Positions 1 to 23,290 of a stretch of DNA of 64,000 nucleotides are shown piece by piece. The position numbers and the translations under genes were made by a program. The notes under the pieces are model-generated. The model searched no databases. It was not told the DNA's origin and saw only the letters and a program-made list of their open reading frames with translations. How positions within the stretch are numbered: position 1 is the first letter of the stretch; every line of letters starts with the position of its first letter. This DNA comes from the human T2T-CHM13v2.0 reference genome, Homo sapiens: the NCBI RefSeq assembly GCF_009914755.1, contig NC_060944.1. One strand, given 5' to 3'.

Positions 1-181
1 TGTCTGGACACTTGCCCGGGGCACACAGCCGGTGAGAGGCAGGGCCAGAATTCCAGCGCCAGTCCTTCTGGTGGCTCAGTCCACATTCTTGGTCACTTTC
101 CTTTAGGAAATATGGAAAGGCGAGGAGAGGAAAGAAATGTCCCCACACCCATACAGGGAGAGCAGGGTTGCTTTTCTTTGA

Positions 182-4972
<4,791 letters not shown>

Positions 4973-5049
4973 ACTGATCAGTTCTTACCTCTTCTGGAAC
5001 ACCAGGTCCAGTGCCATCCTCTGCCCCTCTGGTCTACTGCAGTCAACTG

Positions 5050-5730
5050 CCTGCTTCCAGCAATGCCCCGTGGTCTGTTCTCTGCAGGAAGCTAGAGGGA
5101 AGCTAGAGGTAAAAACCTGGAGCACATGCGTCCCTCCTCTGCAATGGTTCCCATCTCCCTTGGAGAAAAAGATGGATCTTTGAAAGGCCCTGTAGGATCT
5201 GCCCCACCACTACCCCTCCCCCACCCCATCTCCTAAGCCTCCTCCTCCCTCCCTGACCCTGTACTCTGCTCCAGCCACACTGGCCTCCTGGTTGTTTCTC
5301 CAACAAATTAGGCATGCTCCTGCCTCACGGCATTTGCACTGGCTGCTTCCTCTGCAGGACACATTCTTCCCCCAGATGTCCACATGCCTCACTCCCTCAC
5401 CTCCTGCAGGTCTTTGCTCAAATGCCACTTCTCAAGCATCAGGCACCTGCCCCCATTCCAATTTTCAATGGCACCTCTGCCCCACCCCATCCCCTATCCC
5501 CCTCCCTGCCTTGTTTCCCTCTATAGCATTTATCACCATCTCATCTTCTACATGGTTTACTTTTTCATCTGTTTACTGTTTCTCCCTAGTCCTTTGCCCT
5601 GACTGTCACCATTCCCAGAACATCCATTTCACGAGGGCCGCGTTTTCTGACTATTTTGTTCCCCGCTGTGTCTGCTGGGCCTAGGGCAGTGCTGGGCACA
5701 CGGTAGCTGCTCATTAAATATCTGTGGAAT
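5050..5730 (+). mobile_element. L2 3' fragment
   Basis: ctccagccacactggcctcc...cctgcctcacggcatttgcactggctg...ctgggcacacggtagctgctcattaaatatctgt. Confidence 0.7.
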
Positions 5731-6374
5731 GGGCAGCTCTGGAGTGTGGATACCAACATGCCCCTGGTGAAGCGGGAGCTCTAGGATTTGGAATCAGCCT
5801 GTAAGCTGTAGAGGGCAGTGCCCTTTGGATGGCACAGCCAGGTAGGCATGTTCCCAGCAGGGGTTTGTGGGAAACGGCTGTGGAGGGTCCTGGTGTCTAC
5901 AGTCAGATTCCCAGGGCAGGATGCTGACAGATGGGCCATGGCACGATGGGGAGGCCAGGTGGTGTGGCTGGGTCCGGCTTTAAGCCTCTGGCCACCGTGT
6001 CAGGTTTGTAAAGCAAAGGGTCAGGAAGGCACCAAGGGCAGTGTGGCCGGAAGTGAACGGCCCAGGCTTCTGGGAAGAAAAAGAATTACATTCCAAGGAA
6101 CCCATGGCTTGGGCGCCTGAGCCACTGGGGGCAGGGAAGAGTATGAAAGAGGCAGGGCTGGCGTGGGCAGATGGTGGCCTTGCCTGAGGTTCAGAGTGGT
6201 CAGGTCTGTAGGTCAGGGTGACCCTGGAGAGCTGGGATTTGGACCAGGTCAGGGGAAGTGTCCCCCAGATTGTGAATGGCTGGGGCGTGGCAGCCAGTCC
6301 ACAGCTCCTGCTGCTGTTGGGAGGGGAGACCCCCACTCTGGGCTGGGGTGCAGCTCAGGGAGCCCCGGAGCTGA

Positions 6375-6680
<306 letters not shown>

Positions 6681-6683
6681 TGA

Positions 6684-7240
<557 letters not shown>

Positions 7241-7437
7241 GGAAGCTCTACTGGGGAAGCTCAGGGATGGAGACTGGCTCCTAACCCAGAGGGAGGGGAT
7301 GTCCTGGGTAGCGCAGTCCTGGAAGATGCAGTCACTGGTAAACTGAAGCCTAAAGAAGCTCAGGCAGGCAGGTGAAGAAACCAGGGGGATGGTTTTGTTT
7401 CAAAACACCTTCCTCCAAGGGAGGAAGAGGTGAGCTA

Positions 7438-8041
<604 letters not shown>

Positions 8042-9060
8042 TCAGTCCTGTGTTCTCCACAGCCCCTATCAGGTCCTTGAGGTATGTGAGCTTCAAAGCC
8101 TTGTATTCACAGCATGACCCCCACTACCCCCACCTGCTGGGTGACCTTGGACAACCCTTTCTGAGTCTCAGCTGGTCCTTGGCAAAAAATGGGTTGGAGG
8201 CCAGGCATGGTGGCTTACGCCTGTAATCCCAGCACTTTAGGAGGCCAAGGCAGGAAGATCACTTGAGCCCAGGAGTTTGAGACCAGCCGGGGCAACACAG
8301 CGAGACCCTGTCTCTACTAAAAAAAATTTTTTTTTTTTGAGACTGAGTCTCGCTCAGTCACCCAGGCTGCCGTGCGGTGGCGTGATCTCAGCTCACTGCA
8401 AGCTCGCCTCCCGGGTTCACGCCATTCTCCTGCCTCAGCCTCCCGAGTAGCTGGGACTACAGGCACCCGCCACCACGTCCGGCTAATTAAAAAAAAAAAT
8501 TTTTTTTAATTGGCCAGTGGCCTGCACCTGTAGTCCCAGCTACTCAGGAGGCTGAGGCAGGAGGATTGCTTGAGGAGGAGGTTGAGGCTGCAATGAGACT
8601 TGATCATGCCACTGCACCCCAGCCTGGGTGACAGAGTGAGACCCTGTCTCTAAATGAATAAATAATTAGTTGGGCGTGGTGGCGCCCACTTGTAGTCCCA
8701 GCTACCCGGGAGGCTGAGGAAGGAGAATCGCTTGAGGCCAGGAGTTGGAGGCTGCAGTGACCCGTGATCGCATCACTGCACTCCAGCCTGGGCGACAAGA
8801 GACCCTGTCGCAAAAAAAAAAAAAAAAAAAAGAAAGAAAGAAAGAAAAAGGGTTGGAAGCGCACTGGGGGAAAAAGCTTGCCCACTCCGCTTTGGGAGCC
8901 TCCAGCAGGCTCCCGCTGTGCCAAAGGCACACACCCAGATGTCCGGTGGTCCACCCCTGCCCCGGCGGTCACGCCTGTCCCCTCCTCCAGCCCCAGCCTC
9001 GGGTCGGCTGAGAGATGACGCGTGGCCCGGCCCAGCCGGAGCGTTGGTCCCTAGAGCGCT

Positions 9061-9077
9061 AGCGCCCTCTGCTGGCC
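9061..9077 (-). promoter_or_regulatory. CTCF core motif in an orphan CpG-rich element (~8930-9430)
   Basis: Minus strand GGCCAGCAGAGGGCGCT fits consensus CCASYAGRKGGCRS without mismatch. Confidence 0.8.
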
Positions 9078-9777
9078 AAGGGCGGGCGTGCAGGCCCGAG
9101 CCAGAACGGGGAAGCCGGGCGCCAGGAGAGCGGGGAGGAGCTTCACTCTTCTGGTCGGTGAGATGGGGAAGAGCAATAGCGAATACATAAGCAGAATACA
9201 CCGAAAGGAAAGGAAAGAACAATAGCGAAATAACATTTACGGAGGGGTGCTCCGTGCCGAGGACTGCAAGAAGCCCACACCATGTAAAACCACACGTAAT
9301 CCTTAGAATAACCCGGCGAAATGGCAACGGAAACGCACAGAGAGGTTAAGGAGCCCTCCCGGGGCCACACAGCTGGTAGTGGAAACGGCTGACTCCTGGG
9401 CCTGCACTGGCATCCACCGAGGCGGAGAGAGGATGTGAAGGTGTCACCTCCGCTCATTCACTCATGCATGGCCTTCCAGCCAGCCATTCACCCATTCACA
9501 AGTATTCACTGAACACCTACTGTATGCCCGACATTGTGTGAGATGGCAGGAACACAGCCGTGAACACAATTGGCCTCATCCCTACCCTCTTGAAGCTGAC
9601 ATTTTAGTGGGGGTGGGAGGGGGCAGATAATAAACATGAATATATCATTAACAGCTGGGCCAGAGGCCAAAGGATAAACCTGTATGCGCTCGCTGATGTT
9701 ACTCAGGCTCCTACCCCAACATGATTTTTTGCCGCATCTGAGCCCTACCTGTACTTTTACTTGACATTTGCTCCTAG

Positions 9778-10740
<963 letters not shown>

Positions 10741-11376
10741 TCAGTTGTCACCTATCAGACAGCATCCTGGACTGAGGGTGAGGTATTGACATCACTGTTA
10801 TATTAATCAATGTCCTTGGCATGCCACATCAGTTCCCCTGGTTCCTGGCAGGGGCACTAGAATCTCCCACTGGGAACCCCAAGATGAAGCCAGCCCCAGG
10901 GCCAGGCCTAGGGAATGAAGGTGCCATCAGCTTCTGAAGAAGGTGGGTGGCCTCTCCAGGATCCTCCAAGCCACTGTGGCCTGTGCTTTCTCTGGATTCT
11001 GCTGGTGACCCTGAAGAATCTGAGGCACAGGCCTTCCCTGGCCAATCAGAAAGCAGTGGCTTCCATCTTAGCTTCCTGCCCACCATGGACAACCCTGGGT
11101 CGTGGAACCCCCGTCTGCTCTCTTTCATGGCTGGCAATGGGTGTAAGGGGGACTTGCTCAGATCTGATTCTCAAAATTCCTGCCAGGGAAGGCCAGGCTT
11201 CTGAGCCAGTCCATCTGTTGCCCCCTGACCCAGCCACCCAGCTTCCCTGCATGCAGGGCAGAGGGAACAGGAGGCCCCACGGGGCCACTGGGACCCCTCC
11301 CTTGTCACTGCCAATGGCCTCACAGGTCCATGTGACCCACCAAGAGAGGAAGGCCAGGCCCAGCCCTGAGGAGTGA

Positions 11377-11900
<524 letters not shown>

Positions 11901-11939
11901 TAGCTGGGATTACAGGCACCTACCACCACACCCAGCTAA

Positions 11940-12089
<150 letters not shown>

Positions 12090-12524
12090 TGAGACAGAGT
12101 CTGGCTCTGTCACGCAGGCTGGTACAATGGCTTGATCTTGGCTCACTGCAACCTCCGCTACCCAGGTTCAAGTGATTCTCCTGTCTCAGCCTCCCGAGTT
12201 GCTGGGATTACAAGCACGTGCCACTACGCCCAGCTAATTTTTGTATTGTTAGTAGAGATGGGGTTTCACCATGTTGGCCAGGCTGGTCTCGAACTCCTGA
12301 TCTCAGGTGATCCACCCACCTTGGCCTCCCAAAATGCTGGGATTACAGGCGTGAGCCACTGTGCCCAGCCTTCAACACTATTTTTAACACTGGGTTCATG
12401 GCAGTGAAGAAGCCAGATGAGGCGCCCACCTGCAAGAGGGACAAAGGAATAACTACTGCAATGAATGAGATAGTTAAAATACACTGGGCATGGGAGTCCA
12501 AGGCGGGTGGATCATTTGAGGTCA

Positions 12525-12725
<201 letters not shown>

Positions 12726-12804
12726 CTATCTAAAAAAAGAAAAGAAAAAGAAAAAAAAAAAGAGGCCAGCTGCAGTGGTTCACGTCTGTCATCCCAGCAC
12801 TTTA

Positions 12805-13185
<381 letters not shown>

Positions 13186-13321
13186 CTACAGAGGTATGCA
13201 AATGCACACACATGCCCTGAGGCCAGCGGGCAGCAGAGCAGCAGAGACCACCTCAGGCCCAGCAGTCCAGGCCTGGCCACCGTGGTGGTGGCCCTTCATG
13301 TGCTGGGTGTGCTGCGCTTAA

Positions 13322-13832
<511 letters not shown>

Positions 13833-13857
13833 TAAAGTGCTGGGATGACAGACGTGA

Positions 13858-14159
<302 letters not shown>

Positions 14160-15096
14160 TAGGCATGAGCCACTGCCTCTGGCCAACTCTGTTAATTGAC
14201 ACATAAATGTAGGGAGACTTCACGTACAAATCTGCCTTCACAGCTTCCTTGGAAAATCAGAAAGATCTGGCATTCACTCAGCCCATGTGCCCAGTACTTA
14301 GTAACACCTTCACACTCACCTGTCCCCACCCAGCTGCATAACATCAGACACATATCAGAACCCCAAGGATGTGGCCCGTGTCTTCTTCTCACAGTGACAG
14401 GGCCACCAGCAGCAATGAGGTGGCTCTAGCCTAAGGTCTCCTCTCTCCCAAGGTCACCTTGGCCCGTGTGTGACAGCTGACTGCATCTAGCAGGTGACCT
14501 TGCCCAGGTCTCACAAGGAAGTCTTTGAGGTTGATCTGTTATCTTCTGGAGCTCAGAGCTCTGTACAATCCACCCACCCCAGCAGCTTGTTTCTTGCAAA
14601 CTGGAAAGAATGAAGCTTTCACAAGCTGCCTTTTTTTTTTTTTTTTTTTTGAGACTGAGTTTCACTCTTGTTGCCCAGACTAGAGTACAATGGCGTGATC
14701 TCGGCTCGCCACAACCTCCACCTCCCAGGTTCAAGTGATTCTCCTGCCTCAGCCTCCTGAGTAGCTGGGATTACAGGCATGTGCCACCACGCCCAGCTAA
14801 TTTTGTATTTTTAGTAGAGATGGGATTTCTCCGTGTTGGTCAGGCTGGTCTCAAACTCCCGACCTCAGGTGATCTGCCTGCCTTGGCCTCCCAAAGTGCT
14901 GGGATTACAGGCGTGAGCCACTGAGCCCAGCCAAGCTGCCTCTTCTTAAAGGAATTTCCTCCTCTGCCAAGTAAGGAAATCCCCAATGCTGTATCTTGAA
15001 CTTTGTCATGAGGCTCCGTGATGAAGGAGTGACGTCAAGAAGGGACAGGCCAAGAGAGGGAATGTGACTGTCCCTGGGCTCCCTAAGGTCCTCTGA

Positions 15097-15186
<90 letters not shown>

Positions 15187-15239
15187 TAAGGTTGGGAGTT
15201 CGAGACCAGCCTGACCAACATGGAGAAACCCCGTCTCTA

Positions 15240-15509
<270 letters not shown>

Positions 15510-15966
15510 CTAAAGGTGCAGTACAGCCAACAGTGCTCCCACCCAGAGGGCCGGAGAACTTTCTCCAGTGGAGATGCAGTCCAAGGAACTGGCTCTTGCC
15601 CCAAGACCAGAGTCAGTCAGAGATCCAGGGCAGTGGGGCCCCATGGCTGGCTTGCTGTTGGTCAGCCAGAAGGGGTGCTTTCTACACCTGCTGTCTCCCC
15701 GACCTTTGTCAGGTAACGACAGATGTTTCCCCACACCACAAGTTTCCACACAGTGAAAATTACCAGTGGATGCATCCCCTCCGGTACACAAACCTGGCAG
15801 GGGCTGGAGACCAGAGGTGTGACCCAGGGAAACCACCTGGCAAAAGTGGCAACATCTGGCCAGGCGCGGTGGCTCACGGCACTTTGGGAGGCTGAGGGGG
15901 GCAGATCATCTGAGGTCAGGAGTTCAAGACCAGCCTGGCCAACATGGTAAAACCCTGTCTCTACTA

Positions 15967-16215
<249 letters not shown>

Positions 16216-16479
16216 TTAGACCATCTGTAAACCCACCACCAAGGAAGAGCAAATTACACAAACGTGGGACACAGTGCCCACAAGATCACAGATCCAAACA
16301 ACTGTCTCAGAGGGTTTTGAGTGTTGTTTCACAGGCCTTAAGCCCAGGTCCACCCAGCCCGCATCCCCTCTGGTATATAAACCTGGCAGGGGCTGGGGAC
16401 CGGAGGTGTGACCCAGGGAAGCCAGGTAAAGTGCACACTCTAGGATTTGAGACAGGATTTGTTTTCCTCTTGGGGGTAA

Positions 16480-16752
<273 letters not shown>

Positions 16753-16997
16753 TAGCCAGGATGGTCTCGATCTCCTGACCTCGTGATCCACCCGCCTCAG
16801 CCTCCCAAAGTGCTGGGATTACAGGTGTGAGCCACCGCGCCCGGCCATTTTATTTTTTAGAGACAGGGTTTCCGTCTGTCGCCCAGGCTGGATGCAGTGG
16901 CACCATCATGGCTCACTGCAGCCTCGACCTCTCAGATTCAAGTGATCCTCCCACCTCAGCCTCCTGACTAGCAGGGACTACAGGCGTGCACTACTAA

Positions 16998-17031
<34 letters not shown>

Positions 17032-17982
17032 AGACAGTCTCGCTCTGTCGCCCAGGCTGGAGTGCAGTGGCGCAATCTCGGCTCACTGCAAACTCTGCCT
17101 CCCGGGTTCATGCCATTCTCCTGCCTCAGCACCTGCCACCACACCCGGCTAATCTTTTATATTGTTAGTAGAGACAGGGTTTCACCGTGTTAGCCAAGAT
17201 GGTCTCGATCTCCTGACCTCGTGATCTGCCCGCCTCGGCCTCCCAACATGCTGTGATTACAGGCATAAGCCACCGCGCCCGGCTACACTGGCTAATTTTT
17301 TAACTTTTTATAGCGACAGGGGTCTCACTATGTTGCTCAGGCTGGTCTCAAACTCCTGGGCTCAAGTGATCCTCCTGCCTTGGCCTCCCAGTGTTAGGAT
17401 TACAGGAGTGGGCCACCATATCTGGCCTGAAATAATTTTGGAACCTCTCCTCTCCTCCCTTGGGAGGGCTGACTGAGGATGAAGAACCCACAGCTTTCCC
17501 TGGCCCAATGTATGTACTTTCAGAACTGAAGGGCACCAGTCCCTGCAGAGGACTCCAAAGACCATCCAAAGAAATCTGGGCAGGGCTTTCTGGAGGGTGG
17601 CCTGTTGGGAAGAACCTGGCCCTTTCCTTACAGCCAGCTCTTCTCACACCTGAGCTGGCCCCAACAGCCAGAGGGAATAGCCTGCTCCTGCCACAGGGCA
17701 CCAAGATCGTACCTGTATGTAGTTGGGACTACAGCAGGAAGTTCAAACTCTGGGTAAAAACTAGACACGTTCCCACTGCATATGCAGTAGATGGTAGACA
17801 AATAGTTAATCATCAGATCAAAAAAAAATTTTTTTTAAACATCAGAAATACATGTGACAATCCGATGATTTTTTTTTTTCTCTGAATAGACTACTAAGTC
17901 CAGCCAATAAATGGCTTCTAGTGGAGGCTTAATAGCTCAAGACCTGTGAGGCTACTTAAATCAAAGGAAGAACGCTTTTTTA

Positions 17983-18677
<695 letters not shown>

Positions 18678-18786
18678 CTTTAGGATGTCAATTTGAATCC
18701 CAAAGCATCTAAAACATTAAATTCTGTCCCTAATATGCCAAGAGGAAGAAAAGTACAGCCTGTTAAATATTAACGCACACTTTTTT

Positions 18787-18792
18787 TTTATT
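18787..18792 (-). terminator. UBE2V1 distal poly(A) signal AATAAA
   Basis: TATAATAAAAAAAAAAGTGTGCGTTAATATTTAACAGGCTGTACTTTTC: canonical hexamer with U-rich downstream sequence, at the edge of unique sequence. Confidence 0.8.
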
Positions 18793-19025
18793 ATATTAAA
18801 ATCAGGCAATGGTCTGACAATAAAAAGGCTGCTTATGGAATACTGTTATGTTAAACTTCACTTACAGGATGTTAAATCCTTAGAACTAAGGTTTTCCCCC
18901 CAGAAAAAGATTAATGGAAACATCAATTGCTTTTCAGACTTGATAGTTGCTGCTTCAAAAGGTGGTTTTACACAAATACTAAATTAAAAAAAAAAAAAAA
19001 AACCTTTAGTACACAATGAATTGCT

Positions 19026-19031
19026 TTTATT
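19026..19031 (-). terminator. UBE2V1 proximal poly(A) signal AATAAA
   Basis: AATAAAAGCAATTCATTGTGTACTAAAGG followed by a long U tract, a typical downstream element. Confidence 0.8.
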
Positions 19032-20407
19032 TCGGTATGCATCCACATTTCAGCATTTAGTGGTCCTGAACAGCAAGTGGAAAGACGCAGCAATTTGCCA
19101 GGAGGTCAAGCCCACCAATTTCGGGGATCTGCTGTGCACACCGGGTTCCTTCTTAATCCCTGCTGAGGATCTTGGGAAGCAGCAGCAGCACCAAAACCAA
19201 GGCATGCACCGGATTCAAGGTTCTTTTTGTTCCAGTTGTCAGATTCCAAACTAGACCCCAATGGATTGCAAGGATGACCAAATGAAAGCCCTGTTTAAAA
19301 CTTCTTCAATTTTTAAAAGCAAAAGCAGTTACAGGAAAGTAAAACAATTCAGAGGGATCATGTGTGCTTACAAGTATCTTCATGCGGTTTTTCTCCAAGT
19401 TCAACCACCAAGGACTCCGAGAGCTGGCAGGTCTGAGTAACCCTGGTGACTATTCTTTTCACCTTATCAAAACCTGAGCTAAAAACAATGCATCAGCTGA
19501 TGACAGCAGAGGGTGGCAGGGCTGAGGACCCAATATTCATTTCCCAGGCTGGTGGAGAGTGAGTGAGTATGGTTCCAAAACTAAACAAGGGAGGTCAGAG
19601 GCTCTTTCCAACCTTACCTGATGGCTTCTGGCCAAAGCAAGGAAGTGTCATGGAAGGTGTTGGGTGGTGACGGTGCAAAAAGGAACTTGAGGAGGAGGGA
19701 GAAAAAGCAGCACCCCTCGATAAAGGTGGGGGAGAGAAGATATGGGGAAAGCCCTGAATTCCTCACCGAAGGCCAATCTCAGAGGGGAGTGGAGGGGTTA
19801 CAATCTATGCTTCGGCCAAGGGCGGGAGTGGAGGAGCGTGGGGACAGGATGATGGTTTGGAAGGGGCATCACTTAAGACTTAAAGGAACCAGGGGTGCAG
19901 GCGAAACACCCCACACACCTAGCAGTAGTCCCACAGGCTGCGACCTGAAACCTTCACATCTACTCTAACAAGCCCCCCAGGCTAGAGGGCTGTTGTTGCA
20001 GGGAGGGTGGGAGGCGGGAGGGTAAAGGGAGAAGGCAGAGACCCCAGGCCGTGTAATCAGCAGCAAGGTGATTGTGTGATGTGTCTTTTCACAGTTGAGT
20101 TAGATGTGCCCCACCAGTTATGATGGGAATCAATTTAAATAGACTTTCTTGATCCCAGAAGTTCAACTACGTGGACAGTGGTTACACTTGACAGGATGAT
20201 TTGTTATAGCACAACTTATATATTTCAAATGGACAAAAAATTAGTATCATTTACAGTATCTTAAGATAAATTTCCTTTGAATGGGAGCTTCCTTTCCGGT
20301 ACTTTGAGGTCTACAAGACGTATCTAGAAAATTTACTACTGTGGAAAATGAAGACTGATTAAATCGAATTGGGGGGAAGGGGAAGGGCCTGTGGTTTTTC
20401 TTTTTGA

Positions 20408-20554
20408 TTAATTGCTGTAACACTGTCCTTCGGGCGGCTGAGGGAGTTTCATATTTTCTTTAGACATCATTAGGCGCCGAAGCTCTTGCAGGACAACTTT
20501 GATGCTATATGAATTCTGCCATTTTGCTAGCACTGATATGGCTCTTGGGTCCAC
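20408..20554 (-). CDS. UBE2V1: UBE2V1 exon 4 coding part: [48 protein letters not shown]
   Basis: Acceptor TTTGCCTTGTTGTAG|GTG and TAA at 20408-20410. Total 22+149+126+147 = 444 nt = 147 aa + stop. No catalytic Cys at the E2 active-site position (GVVDP versus GRICL), as expected for a UEV. Confidence 0.98.
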   Translation of the reverse strand: MDPRAISVLAKWQNSYSIKVVLQELRRLMMSKENMKLPQPPEGQCYSN

Positions 20555-21768
20555 CTACAACAAGGCAAACAAAAGCAAATTACTCTCAGACTCTCAAACA
20601 AAATAGCTATATGCCGGGGTTAAGCTAAGGTGCAAACTGGAGTAAGATGTACTTTTTAAGCTGAACCTGCTGCTAATCCTAATACCTTACATGCGGAATA
20701 CCTACCTGCTAGAGTCCCTCCCTCCAGTCAGCCTGCCTTTCCCTTTTGTGCCCGGAACCATTACTATCTGGGATAAGGAAACGGTGGTACTGACACTTGG
20801 GTGAGACTCAACCCAGCCCTACTTGGCTCTTCAATAATGGCCGCTGCTGGGCTGGCGGCTGCCGGGCTCAGGACCTGTCCTCTTCACTGCGCCCAGGTAA
20901 GGGGGACAGATGTGCATGCAGGGCAGTACGGACAGCCAAGGCAAAGGGTGGCCAGGACACCTGCTCCAGTGACAAGGGCCTGCCACAGAGCCAGCACCTC
21001 TCAGGTTAAGGCAGCATTTCCCAAAATAAATTCCCCAAAGCACAGGTTGAGCTCTGGGCTCAGGACTTTAGGTGGAACTCAGATTCAGGATTAAACACTA
21101 AACACACTGTAACAAAGCTCATCTCTTTTCAATTTTCCAGTCTTCTGAGTATCTCAAAGACGAAGGCTTGGCGTGACGTTAACATGTGTAGCATCCCTTC
21201 AACACTTGCTGATCTCCTCTTTGAACAGGAGAGCAGGCCTCAAAGGCTCAAAGCTTTTGGCAAATGACACATGGAGTCAAGATTTATTAACGTTGCTCTG
21301 TTTTTGTAATATTTACTGTTGCCATTATTGCCCAGTTATGACAACTGAGACAGGTTTTTCATTTATGGTAGTAAAAATAAAAAAGCAAGGCCATTAAAGG
21401 AAAAAAATATTACATGCCAGTGGTTCACAAATAAGGCCCAGGGGGGTAAAGGTGTAGCCCTGGGAAAGATCTTCCACGTCTGTGCCTCAGTTTCCTCATC
21501 TCTACCTCACTGGGGTGGCATGAGGAAAGAGCTCATATTTCAAAGCGACCAGCACAGAACTAGCCCAGGGTAAGTGCTATATGAGTGATCGCCAGATATA
21601 ATTGGGAAACAGGCCCCATCCCAAATCTGTGCTCCTATGCACAGTGATACAGTTTATCAACAAATAACCAAAGAACCTAGGAATTGGGCCCAGTCTAAAA
21701 GCTCCTGATGTTAAGTACAAAGCAACTGTCAACTCCAAGGAACAAGTGGGACAGAGAAAACAACTTAC

Positions 21769-21894
21769 CACTCCATTAGAACTATTTACTCCATTCATAT
21801 TAATTTTTGTTACAAATCTTACAAAGGGGGGTGCTTCTGGGTATTTAGGTCCACATTCTATTTTAAGGCTGTATATTCGGTTTTCATAAATTGT
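21769..21894 (-). CDS. UBE2V1: UBE2V1 exon 3 (126 nt): [42 protein letters not shown]
   Basis: Acceptor CTCTTTTTTTTCCAG|ACA and donor GTG|GTAAGT, phase 0/0. Contains the E2-fold YPxxPP motif. Confidence 0.98.
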
Positions 21895-22557
21895 CTGGAA
21901 AAAAAGAGTACGGAGATGTCACGCAATTACAAACAAAGCATTCAAAAAGGTAGAGCTTGTGAAACCCCATTTATCCCTGACTGTAGAACTGGTACATCTG
22001 CTTCCAGCATGGAGTCTACTTGTTCTGTGGTAGGTCAGCAGTTCTATACTAGTTCCTACACTAGTTTATATGACTTCCGGGCCTTGGGGGAATACAAAGA
22101 AGATGGAGCATTTAAGCTAGTACCAGTGAAGTTTTTAGTATTAAGTCTAATCAGAGGGACCTGTTTTTATGTTAATTTCTCTACTTTGCAGTCCTTCTCT
22201 GGGGAATGGTAAGAGGCATTCTCTATTCTAGGAAGCCGAGTTAAATGTCCACTCACCAGGATCATCAGCCAATCAGTTAAATAACACTATGTGGTATTAA
22301 AGCACAGAACAGGTCACTGCTTTAGAGAACCTCAAAATTAAGACAAGACGAGGGAGGGGTGCAGACTCAGAGCTGCTTCCCCCTTCTCCATCACTCCGGG
22401 GTTAGGCACTGGGTAAGGGATTTCAACTGGGGTGTTCCATCCCTCCCTGCAGTCTTTTTTTTTTTTTTTGGTAGTCTGACCTGAGAGATTACTGGCATTC
22501 AATGGGTGAGGCAGCACAGGGAAAAGCAGTCTTTTTTTTTTTTTTTTTTTTTTTTGA

Positions 22558-22656
<99 letters not shown>

Positions 22657-23273
22657 TGAGTAGCTGGGATTACAGGCATGTGCCACCATGGCCGGGTAAT
22701 TTTGTATTTTTAGTAGAGACAGGGTTTCTCCATGTTGGTCAGGCTGGTCTCGAACTCCTGACCTCAGCTGATCTGCCCTCTTCGGCCTCCCAAAGTGCTG
22801 GGATTACAGGCATGAGCCACCGTACCCAGCCAAAAACCGTCCTTCTTTAAAAGGCTAACTGTGCCTTTGTTGAGAAACACTGAAAAGTCCAACCCCCTAT
22901 GCCAATAACCTCTTCACTGTACCATCTACCCCATAAGCAGGGAGATGCGCTCTGTTGCCCGGCTGTTCCTTCTGCTTGGAGCGTCCTGCCCCCACCTGAA
23001 ATGCCTTGCAACCCTGAAGACCCAGCTCAAACACTACCTAGTCCCTAGCTTTCTATCCCATATGAAGTCACACTGCTATCACATGTGTCTGAAGACCACA
23101 CTGAAGGGTGATGTCTCCCAGTAAAGAGTAACCCCCTCAAAGGCAGGGGCTCCCCTCTCTGTGGGTTCCCCTGTCAGGCATCAGTGCCTTCTCCGGCATC
23201 AGTACCCTCTCCGGCATCCGTGCCCTCTCCTCAGGAAAGGAGTCTTGTACTGCATAATTGCTCCCGTGTAAAC

Positions 23274-23290
23274 AGCGGCATCTAGTGGTC
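23274..23290 (-). promoter_or_regulatory. Candidate CTCF motif in UBE2V1 intron 2
   Basis: Minus strand GACCACTAGATGCCGCT, one mismatch from CCACTAGATGGCGCT. Confidence 0.45.

Larger units (their letters stand above)
18765..20407 (-). other. UBE2V1: UBE2V1 3' UTR (~1.4-1.65 kb depending on poly(A) site)
   Basis: Repeat-free sequence following the stop codon, ending at AATAAA signals. The 3' end is approximate. Confidence 0.85.

Noticed and set aside
8773-9327. 184-aa minus-strand ORF over the CpG-rich element
   Set aside because: Runs through GC-rich sequence into an Alu tail, starts at a non-ATG codon, and shows no family similarity.
20680-21200. Donor-like motifs (CAG|GTAGGT at ~20705) in the largely repeat-poor part of intron 3
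   Set aside because: No acceptor with a pyrimidine tract at a suitable distance.
22030-22215. Acceptor-like CCTCTTACCATTCCCCAG upstream of exon 3 as an extra cassette exon
   Set aside because: No convincing matching donor was found by eye, so an exon cannot be defined.
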